A stretch of DNA of 64,000 nucleotides from Fistulifera solaris (Eukaryota): NCBI GenBank assembly GCA_030295235.1, contig AP026147.1, positions 620,001-684,000 of the forward strand, written 5' to 3'. Of this stretch, positions 12,038 to 24,443 are shown piece by piece. A program made the position numbers and the translations under genes. How positions within the stretch are numbered: the stretch's first letter is position 1; every line of letters begins with the position of its first letter. The notes beneath the pieces were generated by a model, which was not told the origin of the DNA, made no database searches, and saw nothing but the letters and a program-made list of their open reading frames with translations.

Positions 12038-13222
12038 TTGAAAGAAGACGGTTATTTAGAAGTTGTGGCTAGTCCGCGTGCAACTTGGAGTATTCTTTTG
12101 AGTTATAGGTCACTTCAGGGGTCGCTCTGAACTGAGTCTATCGTGGTACTTTGCGTGGACGACTCGTGGATGTGTAAAACGCGCACGAATTGCTAACCTC
12201 CGGTAAATCCCATTGGAAACGGTGTTGGCGATTTTGGGCATCGTTGACTTGCGACTGTTTGCTGAAGAACTAAGTGATTCGATGAGAGCACCGACGGTGG
12301 TGCAAAAACGTTTAAAAAAACAATCCAACGAGGCTATTCATCATGGATCCGATATCGTTAAGCACGAGACTAACATGCGCCCTGCATTCGCTCTTCCGAC
12401 CTATCGAGAGTCTTCATTGGCGCTGCAGCAAAGCCGTCACTTCGGCGGCCTTCACGTAAGTTTGTTCGATGACACTTGATTATTTTTTCAAATCACTGCA
12501 TGCACTTTAACCTTAGCCGAATTTCAAGCCCTATATGGATAGACTTTGACGTCATCTCTAAGGAAGCTAGGTGCTTGAGCTTAATAGAGTTAGCTCGCTC
12601 TGTCGTTTTAGATCTGGCGTTGGTCTGTTGAGTCATCACTTCTGAGACTGGACTCTCTGATTGACTTTGGCTGAACATTCTGTGGCTTCATGCTTCATAG
12701 TTGTCTTGTATGATGTATGTGGATGTTCTGGCTTCCTTTGTGTTCGCAACGATTGCGGTTGCGGGGCCGCTCATAGTTAGTTAGTGCTTGTCCCACCTAG
12801 CACCTAGCGGAAGTCGGCGGCACTCGGCATTTGGTTTTTGGTTGCCCTGGTTGTTTTCAGTACCTGTACACTAAGCGCTACTGTGAAAGGAGTCATGGAT
12901 GGAGGTCGCGCGATATACGGCGTGTCCTTGCAAGACAGAAATCTAGTGCATCTGTTTTTGGATTTCGCATTACATGCCGATACATCTTCAATTGTTCCAA
13001 GTCTGAACGAACCCATGTCGTGATGCTTGACATCTGGCTTCCTCTGGCAAATTATCTTCGGTTTCAGAAAGCTACTGTCGATCGTGCGTGATTTGCGCGA
13101 TGTGCGTTCCAGTTTGAGGAAACTGTGAGCCGATGTTGTTTCCAGTTTTTTGCAACCTGCCAATCGATTCATAAAATGAACCAGAACGAAAACAAAAGGT
13201 TGTATCACACACAAGCGACATA

Positions 13223-14632
13223 ATGATGTTCCGCAAACTTGTTTTCCTTTCTTCTCTTGGCGCGGCCTCTGCGATGGATGTCTATACCGCAATGATCATG
13301 CCTCTTTCCAGCAACTATACAGCTGAAGGAACAATGGTGGTGATGGTCGAAGAGGGAAGCACCTCTATCTTCTACGGAGCCCATGTGATGGGTTTGGAAT
13401 CTTCTTTGGATGCGATGATGTGCACAGCAATGAACGGTTGTGGGTAAGCACGCTCTCGTTCATACAATCTTTTCACAGTCAAAAATGGAATCACTCTAAC
13501 ACACATGCAGTCTTCACATTCATATGGGTATGTCATGCGAGAGCGTCGAAACTCAGGGCGGTCACCTTTACGAGACTGATGAGGACCCCTGGTTGGAAGC
13601 GCGTCACTCTACGACGTCAGATGGTGTGCTCATTGAGGGTACTTGGCTCGAGATCGGCACTAACGACGTTAACGGTAGAGTTGTGATCGGTAAGCGCCCA
13701 TGATATCATGCAGAATTTGCTTTGATTTAAAACGACTCATTCTTCCATCTGAAGTCCACAACGAGGCTGGAGAGCGCGCTGGATGTGGTATCTTGCAACC
13801 AGTCATGGAGAGTATGACGCAACTGTCGGCTATGACAAGTCCCCTCGGAGACGATAGCATGGCCGAAGCGGAAGCCTTTGTTGCAGGAGATGATATGTTC
13901 TTGTGCTATGCGGGAGTGGCCCGTGGACTCGAGGCAAATATTATGAGTTTCATGAGTGAAGGCGGCATGGATTGCAATGTCGCTAACGGCTGTGGCACCC
14001 ATATGCATCAAGGCACATCGTGTGAGAACATCGATACTCAGGGTGGGCACTGGTACGAAACGGAGGAAGACCCTTGGTTGATGGAGAGCTATCTGTCTAC
14101 CACAGCCGATGGCATGGCCTACTTCGGAAATTGTCTTATGGTTGGCTCTGCTACATCCATGGCTGAAGGCAGACCTTTTATTGTCCATGATTCGATGGGA
14201 AACCGTGTCAGTTGTGGTATTTTGGAAGCAAGGGATACCATGGGCGAAGCTCCTTCTCCGTCAATGGGAATGGAGCCTACGATGATGCAGCCTTCTATGA
14301 TGGACCCAACCATGATGGATCCAACGATGATGCAGCCCTCTATGATGGACCCGACTATGATGGATCCAACGATGATGCAGCCTTCAATGATGGACCCGAC
14401 CATGATGGATCCGACAATGATGGACCCGACCATGGTGCAGCCTTCCATGATGGACCCGACCATGATGCAGCCTTCCATGATGGACCCAACGATGATGGAT
14501 CCGACGATGATGGATCCTACCATGATGGACCCGACGATGGTGAATCCTACGATGGGATCCTCTTCTTCGTCTTGGCTCTCTACATTGTTACAAACCATGG
14601 CGCTTTTCGTTGTCGTAGTTGTCTACCTCTAA
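13223..14632 (+). CDS. Secreted tandem Cu/Zn-SOD-fold (Cu-only SOD-like) protein with Met-rich repeat stalk and C-terminal hydrophobic anchor
   Basis: Signal peptide; introns 13444..13510 and 13690..13754. Two domains, each with HxH, GGH, IVH and RxxCG (LHIH..GGHLY..VIVHN..RAGCG; THMH..GGHWY..FIVHD..RVSCG). C-terminal MALFVVVVVYL. Confidence 0.8.
14270..14556 (+). repeat. 15-bp coding repeat encoding (MMDPT/MMQPS)n, about 19 units
   Basis: atgatggacccgac / atgatgcagccttc units are directly visible. Confidence 0.95.
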
Positions 14633-14834
14633 AGTTTATTACAACTGATTAACATGAAATTTTTATTACGGATTGGACTGGAATAACAATCACGAATACA
14701 TATAATCTAAATATAGGTTTGATCAAGGAAAGGAGGCGACAGAACTCGACTCCTCGTTCTCAAGAGAATACGTTAACTTCGAAACGACACGTAACACACC
14801 GAAGCAGGCATACACGCACCCAGAAAAAATAGCG

Positions 14835-16614
14835 TTACATCCAGCTAGACAGATCCGACGGAACTTCTCGATCCTCATTGCCAGAGAATTCGAGAATAGA
14901 AGCGAGCTCCTCGCTAATCTCCTTCGTGGGGTCGGGAGTGTTTGTGAGAAGACTTGGGCCAAACAAATCGTTCCCTCCAGACGTAGCGGTCCACGTTGAG
15001 GCGCGACTACGGTTTTCGCCAATAGAGAGTCCTTCAAAACCGGAGTGAGTAGAATTCATGCGAAAGGCGTCTGACAATCCAGTAACAGGTGTGATCTCTT
15101 CATGAGCAGAGCCAAACTTAGAAAGCGACGGATCGAGGGCGAATTCTTCGGATGTGTGAGACAGAGAGGGCATCGACACTGCAGAAGATGTCCTCGCACG
15201 ATTAGCTTCTGGGTAGATTGAGCTGTAGAAGCTTTCCAGCGACGGATTGCTGCTGCGAGGTGCAATCGCGTCAGCTCGTGGGGAACTAAATGTCGAAAGA
15301 CCAGGGAGATGTAACTCTCCCGTCAAAGGATGGTCTTCATACAATTGAGACAATCCTGCCCGCGGTGAAAGAGTAGCAGCTCGACGTCGATTTGGAACAT
15401 AAGCATCATGAAAAGCAATGGGATGACTGATCACTGGAGCAGGGCTATCGCGGCGAAATTCTTGGCCAACGGCGTTCGCCGAGAATGAACGTGCGCGATT
15501 GCCGTACATACCGTCTTCCAAGGGAGCAAAGCCCTTCTCTGAGCCAAAATACTCCGATGTCTGAGTGCTCACGCTTCCTGTTTCCCACAGGTCGTTTCGC
15601 GAATCGAGGGATCGAGAGTCGTGGTGGTAATTGCTTTCAGGGATACTCATCGGTGGCTGTACTCCCATGTTAAAACTCTGCAATGGAAGGACAGGGCTTC
15701 GAACTGGGGCTCGATCACGAATTTCTGGTAGCGGTTGCGTCGGCACTGGATTATACGCGCCGGCTCCCAAGGAAGGCACATGTTCGCTAGCTTCCGCCTG
15801 CAATCGTGCTTTTGTCATGGCTTTCAGTTCGTGCACAGTCAATCCGTGAGGAAGCTTCGCTTTACACCCGAGTCAGCAGTGTAGGACGATGAATGACTGG
15901 GACTAGGAGACAAGACTCTTTGCTTTTCCGGCGCATAACGCGACGGAGTATTAGAAGGTGCAACAGGGGGCGGCGCGTCGCGGCCGTAGGAAATCGTAGC
16001 TCGATTGGGGTATTCATTAGCGATGTAGCTGACGTTAGGCACACTAGCAGGAGGAAACGCAGATCCAGGATGAGCTCTGTGGAGATAAGAAACAGCAGAG
16101 GCGGAGTGCCCTGGCATTTCTTGAGGTCGATAGCCAGACCTGCTCGAATTGTGCGGAAACGGTAACTCATCGTTTTGCTGCTGCTCCTTCGCCAAACGTA
16201 TCGCCGTTTGCTTCTTTAAATCCTGTAAAAAAGAGTAATTAAATCGATTGAGTTTATTTGTTAAAGGAATAAAAGAAAACGTAATTCACATCGCAAACAT
16301 TTCCTTAGCACAAACGACTTTCTTGCGATGAAAGGCAGCCATTACCGTTATCCTCGGTAACACTATTTGTAATTAATACGAAAAACTGTTTACGACGTCC
16401 CGCCACAAATTTTCTACACTTTAGGCTGTCCTTGCGGTTTCAAAAGGAACAAGACTCGGATCCGCGTCGAATAAAAGCGGCCTCCGGAATTTATTTGCGT
16501 CACAATGAACTTACCGACAGCGTAATTCCTCTTCGATTCGCACCTGATTTTTTTCTTTTGCTGTCCCTGTGATTGAGGGACAGCTCCAACTTTGGATGAA
16601 GACCAATACGGCAT
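14835..16614 (-). CDS. Hypothetical low-complexity protein, multi-exon
   Basis: ORFs 15839..16195 and 14835..15842 join by a frameshift near 15845. Small 5' exons (ATG at about 16614, acceptor at about 16224). A helical motif occurs twice: DLKKQTAIRLAKE and TVHELKAMTKARLQAE. Confidence 0.6.
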
Positions 16615-17809
16615 GGCCGTGAACAGACTCGCCTCTCGGCGAAAAAAATAATAATGATCGGTGTGCACGAGTGATCAGGACGAATAGCGACGAGGCTCGG
16701 AGATGGGAGACTGCTACGACGGGTCACAGACACAAGAAAAAGACGCCGGTACTGTACTTTGATCCTGCGTATTCCGCCGTAGAGGCAGTTTTTCTTCTTT
16801 TTGGTACAGTTTGCTCGTACAGTCGGGCGTTGTGTTTTAGAATGTAGGCAATAAGCCAATCACTTTTGTTCGTGTACTGTGTCGTTGATTGTAGATAGCA
16901 AAAGACTGGTTATTCGGAGACTCACGCATTTGTCTGCCGGTTTTAAAATTCTTATCTGTAAATAGTCGATGCTTAAATGTAATCCAAGATATTAACGATT
17001 TATTCAGAACATAGCCGTTACGAAATCTTCCGCACCTAATTCGCGCCACACATTTCAGTTGCAAGACTGGAGAGCTGCCGGAGCGAGACTCCTTCCAATC
17101 AAGTATTTCATTCTTACATCGACTAATGCATCTCGAAATCTTTGAGATCGATGAGATTCTATCTAATAAAGGAACGACATTAGCACCAGAATCTAATTCG
17201 CCGTGAAGCTTTTCCGCATGGAAACTAAATTTACGCAATAAATTGAATGGAAGCTCTTGCTTTCTAGAGTAGCATTCTCGTGGTTTGCATTTGTGTAGAT
17301 TCAAAGCTGAATATTCGTGACTGTAAAATGGCTTTCTTCGTTTCATTTCGCTGTGAGGGCAGGAGTAACGGGCAGAGACGATGATGATTCATTCTTCAAG
17401 CCTCTTGACCTTAGATCCTAGTTTTTGTACTTAAAAAGATCAAGTACCGATACGAGCTTAGTCTTCTGGCATCCGTCATTGTGTATCGTTCAAACAGTAG
17501 CGTGTGAGAAAGAGTCAGTACTCAACGTGTCTGCAATCTCGTACGTCATACTTCTCACGCCACAAAAAGCCCGAAATCGACCAGAGGATCCGGTACTCGA
17601 TTCCGAACGACAGCCTCGTTCTTTTCTTCGGTCAAGTTCTGTGTCGTTGATGATGATGACAACGAGTGAAATCTTCGAATCAGAAGAGCAATTTATTCAT
17701 TCTATTGTTCAAGAAAAAGCTATCTGCTCAAGCTTCTTTATTGATAGATTCTGCTAGGCAATTTTGCAGTTGCTTTGTTTCCCTGAATTTCTGTTATTCT
17801 GTTTGCAAT

Positions 17810-19984
17810 ATGATACGCGCCGCATCGAGAACGTTGACACGTTCCGCACGACGAGTCGGAGCAGTCATCGTCCCCAATCGTTCTCCCTATGTCTCTTTTT
17901 CTAAATCTTCGCTGTCGTCGCTGACTTTTAATGAGAAGAAGCGAATTCCGGTGCCCGAGCCCGCTTTGGCGCTGGCGTATGATTATGAAGACGACGGCGA
18001 AGCGGATTCGCACGATCCGAACGAAGTTGTTCGACAGGAATGTCTCTCATCTACACACTCAAAATCAGTTGAAATGACGGCTGCATCGGGTCCACGAACT
18101 CCCAGTTCTTCGCCTTATCCACCTCCGTCAAATTACGATCAAGGAAAGGTCCTTCCCGCGGAAAATCGGGTACCGGAGGAGGGGGCGGAGGACGACATCG
18201 CTGTCCGAAATGTGGTGCTCAAGTGACATTCCGACACGGAGACTTTGAAGAAAACACATTCTACTGTGCGGCTTGCTCGGGATGGTTTGTATCGAATACC
18301 AAAATCACTGCCAAGGACGATCCCTACGATGAACTCATGGACAAGCAACAGATTCATGCGAAGCGCATCCACGAAGATCCGCAAATGGTCATGCAGCACA
18401 TTCCCAAACCACCCGAGCCGCATGAAGCACATCCACCGCAGTCGCATGCTCCGCTGATGAAAAAATTCCTACTCCGAAAGAGATTATGACGGGTCTCAAC
18501 GAATATGTGATTGGGCAACGAAATGTCAAGGTGGCCCTTTCCGTCGGTGTGTACAATCACTTTAAGCGCATCTTCGTGGCGGAGGCACAAGCGGCAGCGC
18601 AACAACGTAAACAAGCGGAAATGGAAGAAGGTGCCTTTATGGCGAGTGCCAACAGTATTCCCATCAATCAGCTACATGATGGACCGTCGTTGGCCGAGAT
18701 GAATTTGGGCCAATTTTCGAGCAGCAGCGTTTCTCCTATGATGGAAAACAGAACGGAAGGACACTCGTTTAACAGTATCAACAATCCGAAGTTTGCGCGT
18801 GACGTAGAAGATGTTGAAATCGACAAGAGCAATATTTTGGTAAGATCGCCTGCGCTGTGTCTAATCTTGTGACCCAATCGTTCCATCACTCATTCTCATT
18901 TTCTGTAAATAGTTGCTGGGCCCAACAGGGAGCGGAAAGACATTGTTGGTAAAAACGCTCGCTCGCTTGATTGATGTTCCGTTGGTCATTGCGGACGCTA
19001 CATGTTTGACCCAGGCGGGCTATGTTGGAGAGGATGTCGAAAGCATCCTGTTTAAACTGTATTTAGAAAGTGGACAGGACATTGAAAGATGCCAAAGGGG
19101 TATTGTTTATATTGACGAGGCCGATAAGATCCGAAAATCTGGTGGGAATGTTAGCATCAGCCGGGATGTCTCTGGAGAAGGCGTTCAGCATGCGCTGCTA
19201 AAAATTGTTGAGGGAAATGTCATTAATGTTCCAAAGGTATGTTTACTGATGTGCGGTCCAGTGTCAACTAGCTGATCATCGAGTGCTAAGTGCTGTTTTG
19301 CTAGGAACCCGGCCGAAAGAACCCGCGCGGCGATTTCTTGCAGATTGACACAACGAACATTTTGTTTATTTGCGGTGGAGCCTTCTCTGGTTTAGAGCGA
19401 ATCATCAACCGGCGCGTTCACGCTGCTTCGATTGGCTTTGGTGCGCAGATGAAAAGAAAGTCGACGACCCGACTGTGCAAGGGCGGTACTTTGAAAATGC
19501 CATACCCAAGGATCTAGTGGATTTTGGTATGATCCCCGAGTTCGTGGGTCGTTTCCCGATCATTGTATCCACAAAGGGTTTAGACATTGAAAATTTGGTG
19601 GATATTTTGACCGAACCAAAGAACTCAATTATCAAGCAATATCGTCGTCTCTTTGCTATGGACGATGTTAATTTTCACGTGACGCAGGATGGATTAGAGG
19701 CAATTGCGCAGACAGCCTTCACTCGCGGAACCGGCGCTCGTGGTCTTCGCTCCATCACCGATTCTGTTTTGATGGAGACGCAATACGTCGTACCGTCCCG
19801 CCCCAATGTCCACACCGTGTATGTGGATGCCGAGGCGGTGAATGGACAAGGTAAACCCGTCCTATTGGAAGATCCCGAAATGACGGTGGAAAAGTATGAA
19901 GAGTTGAAGAAAGGTCAGAGAACAGTGGAGGGAGCGGCACCGGTCCGCATTGAGAACGAAGAAGAGATTGAACAGGTAGCATAG
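17810..19984 (+). CDS. clpX: ATP-dependent Clp protease ATP-binding subunit ClpX, mitochondrial type
   Basis: Mitochondrial-like presequence; C4 zinc finger CPKC...[19 protein letters not shown]; Walker [44 protein letters not shown]. Introns 18840..18912 and 19237..19304; several frameshifts. Confidence 0.95.
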
Positions 19985-20068
19985 GAAGGATAAATAACAG
20001 ATTAATTCATATACGTTATGATTTTGGATGTGTTTGACTTGAAAGTAGTACTGGATGCAAATTGACAA

Positions 20069-21284
20069 TTATACAATCATGGTAGCTACGGTAAAGCCAG
20101 TTCCTCCCACCACAAAAGCTCCCGCTCCTCCGACAGCAAAGGCTTCCAACCAACGCCACGCAAAGAAGACGCAGACGTTCCTAAGCCCACTCCAGCCATT
20201 GCTGTACCGAGCAAATATTTGGACAGATCATTCCCTAACCAGTCCATGCCTAGAGTAAAGTTTTGTTGTGAAGCCGTCGCTTCTACCAAGAGCAAATCGC
20301 CGGTCGATCGCAAAGTTGACATGCCTAAGAACGCGAGAAGAAAGGGCGGTACATACTTTTCGTAAATGTCATCAGTCCCGACATGGTTGGGGGCAATGTC
20401 GAATCGGACGCATTTGGAGACGAGCTTTCGTTCGGCGTCTCTTCTTTTTGTTGTTGCGTCACATGTACATACGACAAAGCGGGAATGGCTACTGCCAAAC
20501 CCAAATTGCGTAACAATTTCGTGACCGCCGCAACTTGAAACGCTACATCATCTCCATAGGTCTCCTTATACGCCAACGCCGATCCCAACACTTGACTGGT
20601 ATCGTGAATCGCGACACCCAGACACATTCCCACTTGTGCACTATTCCCATCACACAATGCATGTAGCAGATACGGATAACACAACATGCCGAAGGTCCCA
20701 AAGAGAACCGTATTGGCCACCGCTACGGCAATATCGCGAGGCAGGGCTTGGATCGCCGGCGCCAAAGCCGTAATCGCCGTGACACCGCAAATGGAGGTCC
20801 CAGCCGTTAACAATAAAGTCAACTGCGAAGACGGCAGTCCCGCCCAACGACCCGCGAACGGAAGAAAGAGCATCCCCGCCCCGACGGACGATACAACGAC
20901 CGGAATACTTTGCCAACTGGTCGCCAGTACTTGACCGAAACTGAGTTTCGCGGCGACACACACAATGCCCGTTTGTAATAGTGTTTTCGTACAAAACGTC
21001 AAGCCCGGTTGAATGGTAGCGATATAGTGATCAGGTAGATTGTGTTTCAACGTCATTCCGAGTACTATGGAAGTTGGTATGCCCGAAATGGGCATTCCCA
21101 AGATAGACGAAAGTACGGATGCCATTTGAAAACCACCAAAGGCGGTGGAAGCGCATAAAACGACACCGTGTAATATCGATGAATGATTCTTTTGCTGTTG
21201 TTTTTGTTGTTGTTCGAAGATTCGTTCGATTGTAGCGATGGAGGTGTAACGGCTGTCATCCAGCGAACACTTCGAGCGGTCCAT
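20069..21284 (-). CDS. YeiH/UPF0324 putative sulfate exporter (PSE) family membrane protein
   Basis: Motifs GTSICGVTAITALAP, GVAIHDTSQV, AAVTKLLRN and KYLLGTAMAGVGL. Frameshifts near 20340-20360 and 20140; the start codon is uncertain. Confidence 0.85.
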
Positions 21285-21477
21285 CGTTTGCTGTGACGAA
21301 AAGACGAAGTTAATGTGTAGCGACGTATTAATGATTGCTGTATCATCATCAAGAAGTGAAGAAGGCAAAGCAAGAGAGCAGAAGATGAGAAATATAGAGT
21401 GAGAATGCCCTAAAATAAATAATTGTGTTTGTGTTTGTTGTTATCGTCATGCGTCGCATGCAATGCGTCCGATGGAT

Positions 21478-21992
21478 ATATCCGGGTTGGCCTCTGTCGA
21501 TAAATTTCCCTACGAGAGCTACGTCAAATCACGTAGACGTTCGAAGCGTTGCATCTTTCGTTCCATCCACGTTTTGTTTTCCAATCGATGGCAATTACCA
21601 GGTATTGCTTCCCGAAACGAAGCGAATACGTTGCGCAAGATATCATTGACATCGGTGCTCTGGAAAAACCAAGAATTGGATGATGGTGAAAACTGCAATC
21701 TCCGGGTTCTCCTACAGAGATAAATTTCCTACGGCGGCTACGTAACATACGCGTAGACATTGGAAGCGTTGTATCTTTCTACTGTTTCATCTTTCACTAT
21801 CAAAGCAACGTCGATTGTTGCTTCGTGGCACGCATAAGCGAGGTTGGGAAAAGTAGTTTTGACATTGTGTTGTCGGTTGTCAGTAAGGCGCGAAAAGGAT
21901 GTGATCGAAATTACACATTCTCCGGGTTTCCCTGTCGATGAATTTCCGTACGAGAGCTGCGTAGAATCTACGTAGACAGTTGCAGCGTTGCG
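21478..21992 (+). repeat. Dispersed ~220-bp repeat family, tandem locus 1 (three core copies)
   Basis: Core tccgggtt..ctgtcgataaatttccctacgagagctacgt..acgtagac..agcgttg at about 21481, 21701 and 21921. Confidence 0.8.
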
Positions 21993-22053
21993 CAACGACA
22001 AGAAAAACAACGCGAACAACAATCTTATTCATTCTATGTATTTCTTCACTGCA

Positions 22054-22872
22054 ATGAATAACATGAACGACAGCAACAATAATCAAAGCAATATCGTTGT
22101 CAGCAATAGCAATGTCTCGGATGATGACTATTCGATTGAGAACGACGACCCTATCGATAAAATCGATCCAATTACCGTTTTGCAAGACAATATAGGTCCG
22201 TCCGTGCGATTTTGATCGTTGTGGATGAGTTACTTCCTTGTGATTATTTATGCTTTAATTATGGTAAAAAGATTGCCTGATGATTTGAAAAGCCTCATCC
22301 TCGTAGTCCTATCCCTTTTACAACTCTCATACTTAAACAACGAACACACACACACACAGACGGGCTGTCGTTGGCCATGTTTGATGCGTTGCGCCAATTG
22401 AGAGATGCGGTAGCTCCCGAATCGGGAAATTTAGGAAATGCAAACAACAAAGACGATACGGAACACGCACTCGATACCGATGAATTGTGGAAGGCCTACA
22501 AAGCCAAAGACCCCGATGTCCTTGCCATGGTACCGACTATCATTAATTCAAGAGACGACTTTGTACGATGGCATGCGAAACACGAAATGGACAAAGATAC
22601 GGAATTAGTCACGCAATTAGCTTCCATTGTACTCGAAAAGAGTCGAGCCATTGATCAGCAAGTGCAAGACCACATTCCCGGGATGCACCGGACACGTCAG
22701 GAACAAAGAGTACATTGCACACCTTGTACAAGAAAATGTACAAGTCGCGCGTGAATTGGAAGAAACCTATGAACAGGCACGGCAACAACGGGATCGATGT
22801 CGGGCGTACATTCGAGAAAATACGTGTCGTGCGTTGGGGATTGAAGAAGATCCGGATGCGGTGTTTTTATAG
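22054..22872 (+). CDS. MED21: Mediator subunit 21 (Srb7)-like
   Basis: DPITVLQDNI-DGLSLAMFDAL (intron 22196..22359) and LASIVLEKSRAIDQQVQDHIPGM..EQ..YIAHLVQEN match the Med21 pattern. Frameshift near 22707. Confidence 0.65.
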
Positions 22873-23239
22873 AGAAGCAAAGGATCGTTTGAGTGTTGCC
22901 AAGATGACCTTTATACCGTTCGATGCGGAATAGACGGATTCCTCAGTCTTATTGTTACAGCTATGCCCTCGTGATTTCATCGATCTCTGATAGGGAGTAC
23001 TGGTACTTGTTTTTGGCGTGACATCGATTACAGGTTGTTTGAATAAAGAACGAACACCAGTCACGTAATGCTGATTTCAAAGTGTTTCCAAACTTACTGT
23101 AGTAGAAGCTTTAAAGCTGCTCAAGGTGAACAAAGCTGGATTTAGCTGAACGAAACATTGTTAGGTACCGTACCTTCGTGACTGGAATGCAGTCGTGATT
23201 AAGTTGAGAGTACAGGTTAGGTGTCAGCTTTATAAAAGA

Positions 23240-24275
23240 AAATTATCCAAATTTTCTGGAACGTGCACAGCATTTCGGTAGTCAAGGATAATGAGTTAGA
23301 AGCTATAGGTCTAGGATCGAAAAATGGTCCAGAATGTCCGAATCTCCACAGAATGTCTGTATGATCAAAAACATTCCTGAATTTCTGGAACGGGCACTTT
23401 CTTTCGTTGTGATCAAAACACAGTTTCCTGAATTTCTGGAACGCGCACTTCCTTGTGCTATGATCCAAAAAACATTTCCATATTTTCTGAAAGAGCACAG
23501 CATTTTGGTAGGATCGAAAAACAACGGTCCAGATTTCTGAACAAACACACAGAATTTCTGTCTGATTTAACAATAAACAATTCAGAACTTCTGGAATCTG
23601 GAATGGGCACTTAATCTCGAACGGGCCTTTTCTTTGTTGCTAGGTCTATGCTCAAAATCACCGTGTGTCCGTATTTTCTGAAACGTGCACAGCATTTCGG
23701 TGAGATCGAAAACACTGCTCCAGATTTTCTGGACCACCACAGACTTTCTGTCTGATCAGAATAATATTTTCCAGATTTTCTGGAATTCGCACTTTCCTTC
23801 CTTAAAATCCGAAAGAAAGTTGCAAGAACTTCTGGAACGTGCACTTTCTCACGTTCGCATCCCAAACACCATAATCAGTTCATTTCGAACGCGCACAGCA
23901 TTTGATAGGATCGAAAAAAAACTGGTCCAGAATTTCTGGACCACAACAGAATATCTGTATGATCAGAAATACACGAGAAACATTTTTCCAGAATTTCTGG
24001 AATTCGCACTTTCTGTCCTTTTATAAAATGCAAAACACAGATTCCAGAACTTCTGGAACGCGTACTTTTTCACGTTATGATCCCAAACACCATAAACAGT
24101 TTATTTGGAACGTGCACAGCATTTCGGTGAGATCGAAAAGAAACTGGTCCAGATTTTCTGGACCACCACAGACTTTCTGTATGACAAGAATAGCGTTTTC
24201 CAGATTTTCTGGAATTCGCCCTTGATCCTTCATTAGGATCCGAAACACATTTTCCAGATTTTCTGGAACTGGCAC
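23240..24275. repeat. Higher-order array of about 19 palindromic TTCCAGA-N3-TCTGGAA motifs
   Basis: Motif copies at about 23246, 23328, 23375, 23425, 23476, 23528, 23581, 23668, 23719, 23769, 23821, 23876, 23926, 23986, 24042, 24097, 24148, 24198 and 24252. Blocks of four monomers repeat at 207-222 bp. Confidence 0.9.
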
Positions 24276-24443
24276 GTGTTCAGAGTTTGACGCATCGCAT
24301 CTTAGAAAAACTCGAAAGAAGACGATGCAACCACTTTTGTCTTCCGAGGAAGGACAGCTGATGGAAAGAGGCCTTTTCTCTTTGACAATGCTTCACCAGC
24401 AAATGATACAATAGTTTATTCAGGAACCAGTCGGTTTTTCATC

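Noticed and set aside
12060..13200. Possible gene between the Pop8-like and SOD-like genes
   Set aside because: Only short ORFs without recognisable motifs; no consistent exon chain could be built.
16837..17346. 169-aa minus-strand ORF
   Set aside because: AT-rich with no recognisable domain, and it lies in a divergent intergenic region; unsupported.
23240..24275. CRISPR array
   Set aside because: Repeats are short and degenerate, the spacers are homologous to each other in a four-unit pattern, no cas genes are present, and the context is eukaryotic.
23217..24275. ORFs within the palindrome array
   Set aside because: They occur in several frames and on both strands as by-products of the repeat; indels between units do not preserve frame.
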